Shown in pieces: positions 48,037 to 61,377 of a DNA stretch of 64,000 bases. The position numbers were made by a program, and so were the translations under genes. The notes beneath the pieces are model-generated. The model searched no databases. It saw nothing but the letters and a program-made list of their open reading frames with translations, and was not told the origin of the DNA. Each line of letters opens with the position of its first letter. Within the stretch, counting starts at the first letter, position 1. Origin of the DNA: Podarcis erhardii (taxonomy: Eukaryota); the NCBI GenBank assembly GCA_964252035.1, contig OZ176211.1; one strand, written 5' to 3'.

Positions 48037-49939
48037 TTCTGTTGAGCACACAAGGAGGTGGAATTAAGCCCATAACCACTTAGACTGAAGATATTGAGGG
48101 GAAACCATGGCTTGTTATCATACACTGTATTTCATTCTTTAAAATGTACTGCAAAGGCACCTGGGAATGCACTGCCAAAGCTTGTGGGATTGCTAGCCAC
48201 TGTTTTTGCACATTTTTCTTTTTTTTTTTTTTGGCCAATTCTGCACTCTTTTCGCCCCTTTTTGGGTTCGTGGCAATGCGCACATGCACATGCCTTGAAC
48301 TCACATAAATGGGGAGTTGCCTGCAATGTATTTGGTTAACTATGCAATAAATAAAATAATCCAAATAATGTATTTGGAAGCTGAACTTTCATCCATGGTA
48401 CAAACCTAGCAAAAGCACATTCATAATTCTTTTTAGTAGCCAACGCCAGCGGTGGGAGCTGGTGGGGCACCAATTGCCAAGCCTGCTGGGCTTGTACAGA
48501 CAGGAAAGAAGGTGAGAAAAGGCCTGTTTCCTTTCATTTGGCCTTAAAAAGAGATATTTTGTTTCCCATTGGTCCCAGTATGCCAGGAAGATCAGTCTGT
48601 CAGCCTCTGTGTACTGTTTCCTCTTGTCTGAGGCATGTCAGGGAAACGGAAGATCTTTGCCATTGGATCTGTGATGGCTCATTCAACTCCAGTAACTGCT
48701 TGATGTGGTAACATTCAGTAAACTCCGTCACAATGCGCACCATAATGGGAAATTAGCCTGGAGCAACTATATATTTCTTTTACTACACATTGCATAAGGT
48801 CCTTGTACTTTTTCAGTTGCCTTCTATAAAGTACCAACAATGGGAATCAAACCTGATGTTACGCATATAAAAAGAATACTGTTACTATCTGGCAAAAACA
48901 TATGTAATCCAGTTTTACTATTAAGCTTCTAATGCCACCATTTCAAACAAATCAGAGTAAATAACTTTCTGGAACTGATCACGTGACTTTTTGGAAAAGC
49001 AGCATGCAGAAATAAAGAACTTTAAAATAAATGCATCTCCAATTCTTCAATACATTACTGGGCGTCCAATGAAAGAGTCTGGGAGTAAATTTCTAGTGCT
49101 ACATAAAGTCCTAATTGAAGAAAAAGGAAACCATTCGATTTGTTTCTTCCAACAATAAAATATGTAATTACCAAACCTGGAAGGCGTTGGTTCCTTCAGC
49201 ATGGCTAGAATGGCTCCAGTTTTTTCAACGAAAAAGCTTGATTTAGAATAGTTATTACCAGAAAAGGAAATGGAAAAAAAATGAAGAGTAAATGTACCCA
49301 TATGGACGATTGGAATATCCATGGCAGAGACTTTGAGAAAAATACCAGAAAATTGGCTGAATGAAGAGTATCAGAATGTACACTATGCAGGAAGACACGT
49401 ATTGTAACACATACTTCTGCTCTGGTTAAACAATATAAACCGCGTTGATAAAAGGGCATCTTTTGTTCTGCAATTTGGCCACCTAATTGAGATGGATGTA
49501 GAATGAAACCTGTAACCCCATTTTAACTTCCTTCTTCAACAGCATCCATATGTCCTCCAAGTGAGAGGGTTAGTATTTGGGGGAAGTATTCCTTGGCTTT
49601 AACATAATATTTCTTTATATTTCACTTGACTGCTGACATAATATGATCAGTATGGTGACAGAAACCAGATACAACTGCAAAGGATCCCCCACCCCTTACC
49701 AGCTCTTATTTAACCAAGCTGCATCCAGTCCAGTTTATTTTAGAACCTGCTTTCTTAGTGGAAATAAAGATTGATTTTTGTCACCACCAAAATCTTGCAG
49801 TTGCAAAATGTTACAGTCTGCTTTGCAATTGTACATTTGCCTCGAGCTCCTTGAAGGAAAACTGGGAAGACAACATTGCGGCTACACATTTGTATTGCGC
49901 CTGAGAATATTTGTGCATATTTATTTCTGTTTAACAGGG

Positions 49940-50005
49940 CAGCCTTCCCTAACCTGGTGCCTTCCGGATGGCTTAAACTACAACTACAACTCCCATCAGC
50001 CTGAG
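49940..50005. mobile_element. hAT-type MITE fragment
   Basis: cagccttccctaacctggtgcc...aactacaactcccatcagcc. Confidence 0.55.
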
Positions 50006-50069
50006 GTTTTGTACACACTACACATTCCAAAGCATGTTTGAAGCACATTCTTTCCCTCAAAAGAATTAT

Positions 50070-50400
50070 GGGTGGCGCTGTGGGTTAAACCACAGAGCCT
50101 AGGACTTGCCGATCAGAAGGTCGGCGGTTGGAATCCCCGCAACGGGGTGAGCTCCCGTTGCTCAGTCCCTGCTCCTGCCAACCTAGCAGTTCAAAAGCAC
50201 GTCAAAGTGCAAGTAGATAAATAGGTAGGAAGGTAAGAAGCGTTTCCCTGCGCTGCTCTGGTTTGCCAGAAGTGGCTTAGTCATGCTGGCCACATGACCC
50301 GGAAGCTGTACATCGGCTCCCTCGGCCAGTAAAGCGAGATGAGCACCGCAACCCCAGAGTCGGTCACGACTGGACCTAATGGTCAGGGGTCCCTTTACCT
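50070..50400 (+). mobile_element. Sauria SINE, near full length
   Basis: ggtggcgctgtgggttaaaccacagagcctagg...gatcagaaggtcggcggtt head; ctgccaacctagcagttc...aagtgcaagtagataaataggta body; ggtcaggggtccctttacct tail. Confidence 0.92.
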
Positions 50401-52059
50401 AGTTTACCCCTCACAGAGCTACACTTCCCAGCCACCCTTAGCAAACTACAGTGCCCAGAATTTTTTGAGGGGAATAATATGCTTTGAATGTGCTTTGAAC
50501 ATGTAATGAGCATGCAGCCCAGTCAGCATGGCTGTGCTGATATAGGGTGATAGACATCTGTTGAGAGTCAAGACCTTGGCGCCAGCAGAAGGCGCAATCA
50601 GAAGCGGCAACATTTTGCAGAGCAAGCTGCTGTTCCAGGGCCTCCTCAGAAACTCAGAGCACAACTGCAGCTTCCCAGTGGTAAGGGAGACATGCTCTGC
50701 AATTGTTGAGAGGCACTTCCATGCTATCATTTTCTCTTCTTTCAGGCTGAGCCCCAGTCCAAAATAAATCTGTTTGATGTACCTATCTCTACCTCTGCCG
50801 TGTTGTGGGGATGGGAAGACGCTGGACCAGAGCCTGCAATTTGACTATATTTTGAATAATTGACATTGCATGTTAACAAGATACCCCAAGAGATCATATG
50901 AAAAACAGGTTTTGCATGTGAATTATGTTGGTTTTAGCTCATATGCTTAACCAAAGGTCTCTGGGAGCTCCTGATTTTCTCCTTGTTTAATCCCTTGTTT
51001 CATTCCACTCCAAGAGAAGCAATGTAACTCTTAAGAACAGCCACAAACCAGAATACTGAAAGGGGAGATTCACAGATTGTTTATATTGAGATGATCACAT
51101 AGGTTCCAATAAGACCATAAAAGGGTATGTTTCTGCTAATCACTCTATTAAGAATGAAAACTAATCCCATTTTGGTCATTTTTTTCCACCTGATCCTTCT
51201 AGCCACTCTCCTTTTTTGAAATATGTACAAAAGCAGTAGATTGCATAATGCCAAAGCAAATAAAGCCACAGAACGAGGAAGGTAGAAAACAAGAGCACAA
51301 TATTATTCTGATTTTGAAACATGCATCATCCCTCCTTTTTTTATTGGTTAAGCTCTCCCTAAATCACATTAAGTCTTGGATAGTGTGCCCTGCATTCCCA
51401 TCTGGAAGCCATTTCAAGAAGTGTCCTGCAAAATCTCATTCCCTGTCATTGTGAAGAAAAGCAACTGCCTGAATATTATTAATCCTCAATTTATTATCCC
51501 AAATATCTTGTCTCACTTTAGGCAGCCTTTATTCTTCTTGAAGATTGCTGAAAGCATCATCTCTTGGCCAGACAGCCTCTTCTGAAAATCACATACTTTC
51601 TCCCCATCATGTTGAATCCCATCGGAAAAGACTTCATTCCCCCCCTCCCTTGAATTCACAACCTTGAGCTGTCTGCTGTTCAGCCCTTAAACCTTGTTCC
51701 AGTCCAGGTCATCTGACCTGTAGCATGTGTTCACCTAATCAAAAAGTAAACAGGGATTTACTTATTTATTCCAAATGCCATAATGGTCAAGGATGCAGTT
51801 GCTAAAGACTGCTTGGATAGTTTTGAAAGATGCTGGTTTTGGAAGTAATCTTGACTGTTCCTAATAAATAACTTACAAAGTCAAAAACTGGAAATAAGTC
51901 AATTTTCAAGGAACAGAAAATACTGTCTCTATCTGGAAAATATCAGCTGAAGCTTGTAAATACATGCTTTCCTAGTCTCATAGTCAATCTCATGACATGT
52001 GCTCAGTTGACACTTTTTTCTTGTTATGAGGAATGTCCCATGCCTGATTATATTTTTAA

Positions 52060-52500
52060 ATAGCTGTTCCACCTTTCTTCATCAGCTTTGCAAAATGACA
52101 GCATTACCTTGGTATCTTCATACAGAAAAAAAGGCAAATCAGAGTTTGTCTAATGACTGTGGTGAAACTTACCGAAAGAATCAGAAATCAAGACAACAAA
52201 CTTTTTAGAAAGGAATGGAAATGTTTTCTTGAGTATTTACAAACAAATTTTAAACAGATCAAGACATTGGCAGGATTATTGTAAAAACCTGCAGTTTTAA
52301 AAGAAATGTATATGAGATGTACATGAGAATAGATGAAGAAAAGAATAAGTTAAGATAATTTGGAGTATGCAGGAAATGATGAAAGTACCGTAAATGTAAA
52401 GAACCGCAGAAAGAGTGGGAAGGGAGTCAAAATTTGAAATGTTAGAATGTTTGTTGAATGTTTGTTGTAAATGAAAATTATAAAATTATATTTTAAAAAA
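52060..52500 (+). mobile_element. Degenerate L1-clade LINE 3' end
   Basis: A-rich purine-biased strand (agaaatcaagacaacaaactttttagaaaggaatggaaa...) ending in an A-rich tail; family assignment from recall. Confidence 0.5.
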
Positions 52501-53369
52501 TGACTGTGGCTACTAAGGTGGTATCCCATTGATTATTTCTGTTGCCTAGATGAGTGGCCATTGTAGTAACACCCAAAACTTCAGAGTGTTGCAGCACTTC
52601 AGAGACTTTCTAGTCTATTGTGGCATGCGTTTTCAGAGACATTTGCTTTCGCAAAGTAGACATTATGAATGCATGCACAAATTGCCAATTAAGCGTGTGT
52701 GTAAATAGGATTCAAGTGGGACCTACAACAAAGTCTTGCAGTGTGGGGCGAGTGATCCTCTTCAGCATTCCTGACAGCCATTTCAGGCCCCCCCCCATTT
52801 CCCCATCCCCACCCAGCACTCAGCATTCTGTGACCACTTAGTATGCTGAGTTTTCCGTACGCATATCTTCCCTAAATATTTTTTTGTAGTTCTGCAAACC
52901 TTGAGCTTCCCCTAAGCCTGCCGATAACCTGCTTCTTCTTACATGTGGATGTTGCTGCTTTGACTACACAAGGACCCATACCTATTAGTTTGCTATTAGT
53001 ATACAAGAAAGCTTTCCATGCCAGTCTCTGTCTACCTCGCATTTAATGAAAAAGACAGTTGATTGACCAATTTATTGTGGTGTGAACTTGCAATAGTCTC
53101 TGAGGTGCATCCAGATGTTGAAACTTGTTTTCAAGTTCTGGAAATACTATATTTGAATACATGAGAAATGCTTTTATACTTTCCCTCTCCTATACTATTG
53201 AAGCAGGATCTTGGATTCTTCTTTTTTTGTAGCGTTTTAATGTTTACCTGCTAAATTTGGCACAACTGGCCAAGAATACTTTGTTTTTCATAATACTTGA
53301 TATTGTGGTGTAAGAACCTGGTGGTACTTGGAACACAAGACCTAATGGCTAAAGTGTTTGTGGCTTTTA

Positions 53370-53830
53370 AGAAAAGGATGACTAAGGGGGAAAACATGAA
53401 TAAGGTTTATGAAAGTATGTATGGTGTAGAGAAAGTGGAGAGAGAGAGAATTTTTTAAAAAATTATTTCCTGCAATATTAAAATCTGGGGTTCACCAAAT
53501 GAAGCTGATTGCTGTAGATTAAGGACAGACAAGAGACAATCCAACTGATGTATATGATTCACTGCCACAGGATATGGTGCTGACTCCTTTAAAGGAGATT
53601 TAAGCAAGTCCATGGATAACAAGTCTATTTGTTATTTAGTAATGAAAACAAAATGGAGCCTTCATGTTCAGAGGCAATGCAAAGCTTGCTAGAAAGCCAC
53701 ATTATAGGAGAGCATCCAACTTTATGCCCTGCTTGGGGGGTTTCCAGAACCATACAGCTACCTACTTTGGAAAACAAAATACCTGGACCTTTGGTCTGAT
53801 CCAGCATTACTCTATTTCTGTTCTTATGTT
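53370..53830 (+). mobile_element. CR1-type LINE 3' fragment
   Basis: aaggtttatgaaagtatgtatggtgtagagaaagtggagagagag RT end; ggtctgatccagc...ctgttcttatgtt tail. Confidence 0.7.
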
Positions 53831-54937
53831 ATAGCTGGGATGTTTAGAGCCTCCTCAGCAGCCCCATCTCCCAGTCTTGCTTCCTTCCCCATTCTTCTCT
53901 CAAGCAGTGTTTTTAAAGCACTACAGTTATTTGCATATTGGCAAGGGAAGCGATGGAAGTTGTGTAATTAACTACATCACCTAGTCTCTCCCTAAAATCT
54001 ATGTGCACAGTTGCTCTGATTTGTGCATAACACTGCTACCTATATGCCATGTTAATGATGAAAAATGAGCTCAAAAATACCTGTTCAATCCAATCTGGCT
54101 TCCATTATGATTTATTGGTGTAGCTCACTTTATTAAAGAAACAATCTATTTATACACACACACACCAACACACACATGCACCAGTGGCTATGCTTCATCA
54201 CTGACTGATAAAGGTGACTGAGAAAAAATGAATGAGTAGTGTTGCCATTGTGAAAAGAATGTGTCTCTGTGTGTTTTAAAAAGACTCTGATTCTAATAAT
54301 GTCGGTAGAAACATCTCAGGTGCTTAAAATCAACAGACCGTATTTATATGACAGTTACATCAAGGATAGATATTACCTGTTTTATTGCAGTGAACAAGGA
54401 ATTTATAGGCATAATGTTCCAGATTTGAGGCTCTCTCTATTTCATAGTGGTAAGTTGTTGACACTGGCTGAACGTTCGATTTGAAATAGTGTTTTAACAT
54501 CTACTCCCCATTCACTGGTATGTTCAAACTCAACCAGCTTTTCCATTCAGCCACCCTATTTATGTGTCCCTCCCTCTCCCCATTCATGTACTAATCTCTT
54601 CCAAGTCACACAACCCAGTCATACACTGTACAGTCATGCATCTATTCACCTTAGCAAATCTAACACTGCCCTGTCTACTGTCCTGGGGGAAAGATCCTGT
54701 GTTATAATTTGTATTGTTGGCTGTGGATTTTAAAATGCTGTGGGGTTTTTTTTTTTTTTTTGTAACTTATAAGCTGCCTTGAAAGAACTGGTACCCTGAA
54801 AGGTGGGATATATCAGGGTTGTTGTTTTTTAATTGGCGGTTGTTGTTTTTAGGTGGGCTGTAGTGTAATTGCAATAAGTAAGTAAGAAGTACCGGTACCT
54901 ACCAATTTGCTGCCATCCTTTTGTGGTGATGAAATTA

Positions 54938-55278
54938 CAGTATTTTTCCATGTATAACACGCCCCCCTTTTGGGGGGACTCCAAATTAAGAAAATGCCTG
55001 ACCTATGCTGCCACTAGCGTTGCAAAAGCCATCTATCGACTGTCCCCCTACTGGCAGAAGCCGCCGATCGCCTGCCTAATTGCTGCAGCGACAGCCAATC
55101 AAGCCCAGCCCTTTCCGCAACCACCAATAACACGCCCAATAGCCACTGACAATCTCCGGCTCCCGGCAGCAACCAATAACACGTCCCTACTATGCACTAT
55201 CTGTGTATAAGACGACCCACATATTTTAACATGAAATTCTAAGAAAAAAAGCCTTGTCTTATACATGGAAAAATACGG
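54938..55278. mobile_element. Tc2-like MITE, 341 bp
   Basis: TIRs CAGTATTTTTCCATGTATAACAC / GTCTTATACATGGAAAAATACGG; TA on both sides. Confidence 0.88.
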
Positions 55279-55284
55279 TACCTG

Positions 55285-55516
55285 AAAATTACTTTAAAAT
55301 GGGACTGGATAAATTCCTTGAGGACAGAATGACTAGCAGTCAGGATGTGTATAAGGAATATCCAGTTTCAAATGCAGCATGCCAATGGATCCCTGTTAGT
55401 GGATGAGGACTACTGTTTTCCTGCCCAGCTTGTTGGCTTTCTAGGGGCAGGTGGTTCAGAGAACAAAAATGCTGGGCTGGATGGAGATTTGATCCAGCAA
55501 GGCTCTTTCCTATGTT
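55285..55516 (+). mobile_element. CR1-type LINE 3' fragment
   Basis: tttaaaatgggactggataaattccttgagg...gctgggctggatgg...tgatccagcaaggctctttcctatgtt. Confidence 0.62.
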
Positions 55517-56513
55517 GATTCTCACCACTAACAGCCCCATCTGGCTCAAGGTCTTCAACACAGGCAGTTATTTTTTAAACTCAGCAACCGGAATGGTCAC
55601 AAACCATTCCACAGCATGTAAGCAGTTAAGCGAGGCAAAAGAGAGAAGTTGAGTGTTCAACAATCTAAAAGTTTCAAACAATGTAGTTTGCATCTACTCC
55701 ATTTTTTTGTCATATGTATCTGATTGGGGCAAATTGGCAAGCCACTATCTTCTGTCTGTGTTCTTTAATTTGATATGGTTTCTGTACAACCATAGCCTCG
55801 ACCTAGCCAATTATACAAAGTTGGCTTTGATTTCAAAAACAGATAACTATTTTCACTGCTGGCTTCTTGAAGGTCAACAATATAGAATATTTCTTGGCAT
55901 TATAGTGCTTTCAATACATGCAGTATACAGACTGGGGGTGGGGGAAGAATGTCTAGCAAAAAGACATATTGCTGGTTCTCTGACAGACAGCAATTTGCCG
56001 CTGATTAACTCGGTGTAACAGTTTGGCTTCAAGATGAGCTCTTGAGAATCGGTGAGAGTGTGGGGCCCTCCATGAGGTCAGTAATCAGCTTTTCTAATTG
56101 ACCACAGCTGGAGCAAAACATAGGGGGAGATGAGACACAAGGTCCACGCTGTTATATGGGGGGAAACCCATGAGGATTTTAGGGATAAAGAAGGAGAATC
56201 TCTTCCTGGAGAATATGCTCCTTGCCAACTCAAAGGCCAAAATTAGGGCCGGAGGTGAATGATGCTGTAAGGAATGAGCATTTGGAAGCCTGAAATATCC
56301 CATGAGGGTTTTATTTCCACGCAATACGCTGGAGTTTTAAGTTGCTTTGAGAGGCAATGCTTAATCACTTATTTCCTGCATTTGTGTAATGATGAATGTT
56401 GAGATGTTAATATTTCTTAGAAATATTACCCAACTATTTCCTAGTCAAGAGGCCGTGTTTCTGTAGAGGAAAATATGGATGTTCTTGTTTCTCTATAAAT
56501 GGCAGTGGGTACC

Positions 56514-56771
56514 TGTTAAGTTGTGGGTGAACATATCAGACGACACAGCAATTCTTCAAACAGCTCTTGTTTATTCACAGGCCAGAACAGAACTGAACTG
56601 AAGGGTTCAGCCAGCATGCTTATATAGAGCTCCAGAACAGCGTAATTGTAACAACTTTCTGTAACTATCCAATCACTGAACGTCACTTTCGATCCCTTAT
56701 TTGCATATGTGGACCTGAACTATCTACAGTATCCCCCTGCTGGACCAGGGTGAGAACTTCAGTACATAACA
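56514..56771 (-). mobile_element. Solo LTR, 258 bp
   Basis: TGTTA...TAACA termini; perfect 5-bp TSD GTACC (56509-13, 56772-76); on the minus strand TATATAAG (56619-26) lies upstream of AATAAA (56570-75). Confidence 0.92.
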
Positions 56772-57646
56772 GTACCAAAAATGGGCACCTTGAAAGATCA
56801 GCTCCTGCAGCCAATGGTCTTTATTCCTCTGGGAAAAGGCAGAGGTATAATGGGCTCAGGTGGTGGGGGGTCATGTGGCTGCTGCTATTTGTGTGATCAT
56901 GTCAGGTGCCAGTTCACACAATCAGTGCTTCCGCATGACCCCAAAATCCACAAAACCCATTCCTCTGGTGGAATATCCTCAAAACATTGTGGCTGTCTCT
57001 GAAAATAATTGACCTCAACCAAGCATAAGCTTGAATAAAATATGTCATATTATTACATCCATGCAACATTTGAATTGTTAATGTGTTCTAAGAATGTTTC
57101 CTTTTTGGTTTAGGAAACCTTTTTAAAAGTTTTCATTTGCATTTGCCAGGTGTGGGGAATTTTGACTGAAAGAGCATGACTTGTGCAGTGACTGTAGGGC
57201 TGTGAAGATCTGCACAGACTGAAGTCAGTGGACCACACCAGTTGACCTGCAACATCTGAGGTTTATGGCTCCATGCGAGCTGTTTTAAAAACAGGTTATA
57301 ACTTGTGGTGTTCCACTGCCTGGATGCCTCAAAGAAAAATATACAAACTTGCCTCTGGTTCTAAGTTAAGAGTCTCCAAGCACAACTTGACTCATAAACA
57401 GATTATGAGCCAGCAAGAAGTTGTTTACATAAGCCCCATGATGCTAATTGATATTTTTTAACCTAGTCACTTTTTAATAATGTTAAGTCTAGCATTCCTG
57501 TGAATTCAGCCATGCCCTATATACTGGTAAATTAAATGCCAATAACCATGTCATCTTCAGAGCATAGTGAGTAGTATAACAGATTTCATTAGAAAAAGCA
57601 CTGTGGCACTTTAGAGGCTGACTGATTTATTGTCGTATTAAGGCAT

Positions 57647-58042
57647 ATTTGGTTAAAAAGCACATAAACTACTCTAAGAAAACCAAAGAATTTCAAATTT
57701 TACCTTCTGAAAATGTCAGATAATACTAAATAATACTAAATAATCATAATCACAATCACAATCAACAATAATATAGAATGTTTCAACTTTAAAAAATGAA
57801 GGGTGCTAAAAAGTTGTAACATGACTTAGGAATTCAAAAGATATTTCGGTTAAATTAATATAATTTTGTTTTGCTTGGTAAGTAAAATGTGTGTAAAATT
57901 GCTTGGAAACCATAAAAAATGATTGCCAAGTACTTGAAATTTTGTTGTTGTTTAGTGTTATTTAGTATTACCTGACATGTTCAGAAGCTAAAATTAAAAT
58001 TCTTTGGTTTTCTGAGAGTAGTTAATGGGCTTTTTAACCAAA
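57647..58042. repeat. Long AT-rich inverted repeat (~94-bp arms, ~210-bp spacer)
   Basis: 57647-57740 is closely matched by the reverse complement of 57951-58042 (33 of 36 identical over the inner 36 bp). Confidence 0.8.
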
Positions 58043-58859
58043 CGTAGATTTACCAAGCTAAATGTTGTCCAATCACAAAAATAATAGCAGTTTTGAATTC
58101 CTCACACCCAAAACATATTTTTAAGACTCCTCCCTGAAGAAATTTGCAAAAATTAAATTTCACCTCCTGAAATAATACACCCTGTTTTGCCAATGGTCTT
58201 TCATAGCATATTTCTCCATGGATAATGAAAGGTGACCAGCTGAGGCAGTGAACGGAAAAGAACTGACAACTTGGCTATAGAACAAAATGAATGTGCTGCT
58301 GTGATTATTGTATACTTATCTCCGGCTATTTTAAAATCTGGACAACAGACATAAATCAGGGGATAGGGTTACCTTACCCAATTTAAACGGGGGAACTGGC
58401 AAGCCAATTATTCATCTGACTATATCAAGGCAAATTTTGTCTGGGTGAACACTCATACTGACAAGCCCTGAAGGGATTTTGAGGGAAATAAAGAACAACT
58501 CTCGCTATGTTTGCTCGTACAGAGAAAAGATACAAGCTTATATCATCAGCTTGTGGATATAAGCAAAATATGCATAAGGGGCAAATCTATGTAGGTGTCC
58601 AGAATTTCTCAAGAAAGAATTTTTACATGTTTTGGAACAGATGTGGGTTAGATACATTTTGATATATTATCAATCGATTTAGAATATATGAGAAATAATC
58701 ATGTATGGTAAAACATATCAAGCTTCATTTTCCCACTGCCTGCCAGTGAAGAAGCACTTTGTAAAAATGAAGTCAAGTAGATATTTGACTAGGTCTGAGC
58801 ACTTGTTGGGGGCTGCTAAGTAGATTTGAAGGGTTTGGTTTCAGAATTGAACAAGTGTT

Positions 58860-59480
58860 TTTTTGCAAAGCACTTTAAAAAAGAAAAGAAAACAACATAT
58901 GTTAAGCTTGGAGAAGGATTTGGAGATGGAAATAACTGAGGAGGATTGGGCAGATATATGGTACAAAAACAAACCCATTTAAGTGCTTCTCTGAGGGAAG
59001 TTAATTTATAAGATTTTGAGCAGGTGGTATGTAACATCTGTGCACATTCAATACATATGTAAAAAGAGTAATAGGGTCTGTTGGAAATAATGTGGGAAGG
59101 GAGGCTCCTTTAAGCATATATGGTGGTCTTTTAAATAAATTCAAGGATTTTGGCAAAAAAAAATATAGGAGTGGATTAAAAATATCAAAGGCCATGATAT
59201 TCCCCTAGGCCCCACATCTTTTTGAATAGGGTTCGAAAGATACTGAATGTTATACTTTTAAAGAACTTTTAATTTTGTTAATAGCACCAAAGTTACATAT
59301 AGTCCAAACTGGAAAATTACTCAGGCATCTACATTTATACACCTGGTATACAACTATTGGGATATTTCAGTCATTCATTAGGTAATGGATCTTATGCAGA
59401 CAGTACAAGCTCTTTAGATGGAAAGTGCATTTCTTGAAAATTGGAAACCCTTTTCCTGCAGATATTGACAAATTGCTTAG
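58860..59480 (+). mobile_element. Degenerate L1-clade ORF2 C-terminal (Cys-rich) fragment
   Basis: Broken translation LEKDLEMEITEEDWADIW / KILSRWYVTSVHIQYICKKSNRVCWK*CGKGGSFKHIWWSFK*IQGFWQK (CWxxCG...HxWW motif). Confidence 0.75.
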
Positions 59481-61289
59481 CCATTAGAACATAGCCTCCA
59501 TGACGCTACAAAGAATGTAGTAAAAGGTATAAGCAGATAAGAAATCGTTTCATGCCTGGCGGGAGTATCCAGTGGCATAAGGTAATATAAATTTAATTTC
59601 ATATAAATGTAGTGAAAAGGTCCTGCACTGGTCTTATTACACTAAATTGGTCAAAACAATCCCTTGGTCTCCTACAATGTCTGTATCTTCCATTTGCATC
59701 TCACAGCAAACATTACATGGGCAAAATTATGCAAACAGCTGAGAGACTGGATGGGTATGATTCTGGAGCAGCTTTCCTGCCAAGTCTAAGCAACTCAAAG
59801 TGAAGAGAAGCAATTTTCTATTATTACCACTTGGTTTTCATTCCTTCTCTGTACTGTATTAAATCTCCAAATGAGAGAGAGATCATGCACAATACAAATT
59901 AGTCTTTTTTATTAAGTTTTTGTGTTTTATTAATGGCTACTTTTTGTTTTTTGTGCTCACACAGGTAATCAGTCTCACAATATGTAAATAGATTGCTTCT
60001 CTTACACTATCACGTGTTTGTTCTGTTGTGTCGTTTCCCCCTTGTTACACACTCCTGAGCAGTGTGAAGTTTCAGCAATCCCAGCACTAACCTTGGGGTT
60101 GGTTCTCTTGGAATGAAGATAAATGAGACTGGTAGTATTTTTATGACATAATGTTTATTTACACACATACACAGGCTGAGCACATTAGCTTTCTAGGAGA
60201 ACCACCCCTCCCATGCCCTAGCATTGGATTTTTATGCAGAGCAAGTCAGGTCTCTGTGCCCTTTCAAGACAGCCTGGCTGACCCATTGATCACATCACAT
60301 CCAGACAAGGGAAGGATAAAGAAACCCTATCCAGAAAGGTCTCTGTCCATTTGCTTCTGCAGCAACAAATCATTTGCACAAGATCAACTCTTTACTTATG
60401 CAAAGGCCCATTTTCACAACAAAACAGAGTATATCAGGCTAAGCTTCTTCACTTAGCTTGACTTGCTTAAACATCCCTCGTTCTGTGAAACTGAACCTCA
60501 CAGCTCTATAACAACAGTATTGGAGAGGATCCCCAAAATCCCATTCCGTCTAATCCCAATTTCTCTGTCGCTTTTGTATACTTGAAAAGAACAATACATG
60601 CATTGATGTTTTCCCCACCCAAATATGAATAGTCTGAATCTGAATAGTAAAAAAGCATTTAAATGTTATAAAGGGCAAATATTCTTATTGGGACAATGCA
60701 TGGTGGAAAAGATCCCTGCTGTTGTGCTTCAATCTTTGAAACACTGGGACTTGTGAGTTAATTTTATGGTTGCTGTTGCTGTAACTTTTATAGTTCCATT
60801 TCGGTTTGTAATTATGTTCACCTTTTTTGGCAGGGAGTGCTGAAGAGAATAAAATTATGTATTCAAATACGCACCACCAGTGGTCATTGACTTTTTAAGC
60901 AAGCATTTTAGGTGTTAGCCAAGTGTTCATCCTTACACAGTTATTTAGGCAAAAGAAAGATCAAGCATGCCCTGGCAGATCTTGGAGGACCTGCGACAAG
61001 GGCTTCTGAATGATGCCCAGTCATTTAACAACAGAAAGAATAAAAAAAGGCGGCCACCCTCTCAAAACAAAAATAAAACACGGCTTTGAGATTCCCTGCA
61101 GTACAGCGTGTGCGCGGCGCGTGGTTGGCGGGGAGGGTGGTGGGCGAGACGATTGACGTCTCGGGCAGCCAGTCGAGGAAAGGGACGTTGCCACAGATGC
61201 GTCCCTCCCCTTCGGGAGGGCGGTGCTTTTAGGAGGAACCCCCCGCCGAGGAATGGCGGTGAAGGAGGCGCCTGCCTTTGTTGACGGAA

Positions 61290-61302
61290 GTCTCCTAGCA
61301 AC
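61290..61302. promoter_or_regulatory. RFX X-box (13-bp form)
   Basis: GTCTCCTAGCAAC (reverse complement GTTGCTAGGAGAC). Confidence 0.65.
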
Positions 61303-61323
61303 AGGAGGCCTCTGGTCCCTCCG

Positions 61324-61337
61324 GTCTCCATGGCAAC
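61324..61337. promoter_or_regulatory. RFX X-box (14-bp form)
   Basis: GTCTCCATGGCAAC (reverse complement GTTGCCATGGAGAC); fits RTHNYYWTRRNRAC. Confidence 0.75.
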
Positions 61338-61356
61338 CACGCCGCGCTTGTTCTCC

Positions 61357-61377
61357 GGCGGCGGCGGCGGCGGCGGC
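61357..61377. repeat. (GGC)7 trinucleotide repeat in the CpG island
   Basis: Directly visible. Confidence 0.95.

Noticed and set aside
47848-48125. ORFs with SL/HT repeats (also 23903-24196 and 37541-37750)
   Set aside because: Translations of microsatellites.
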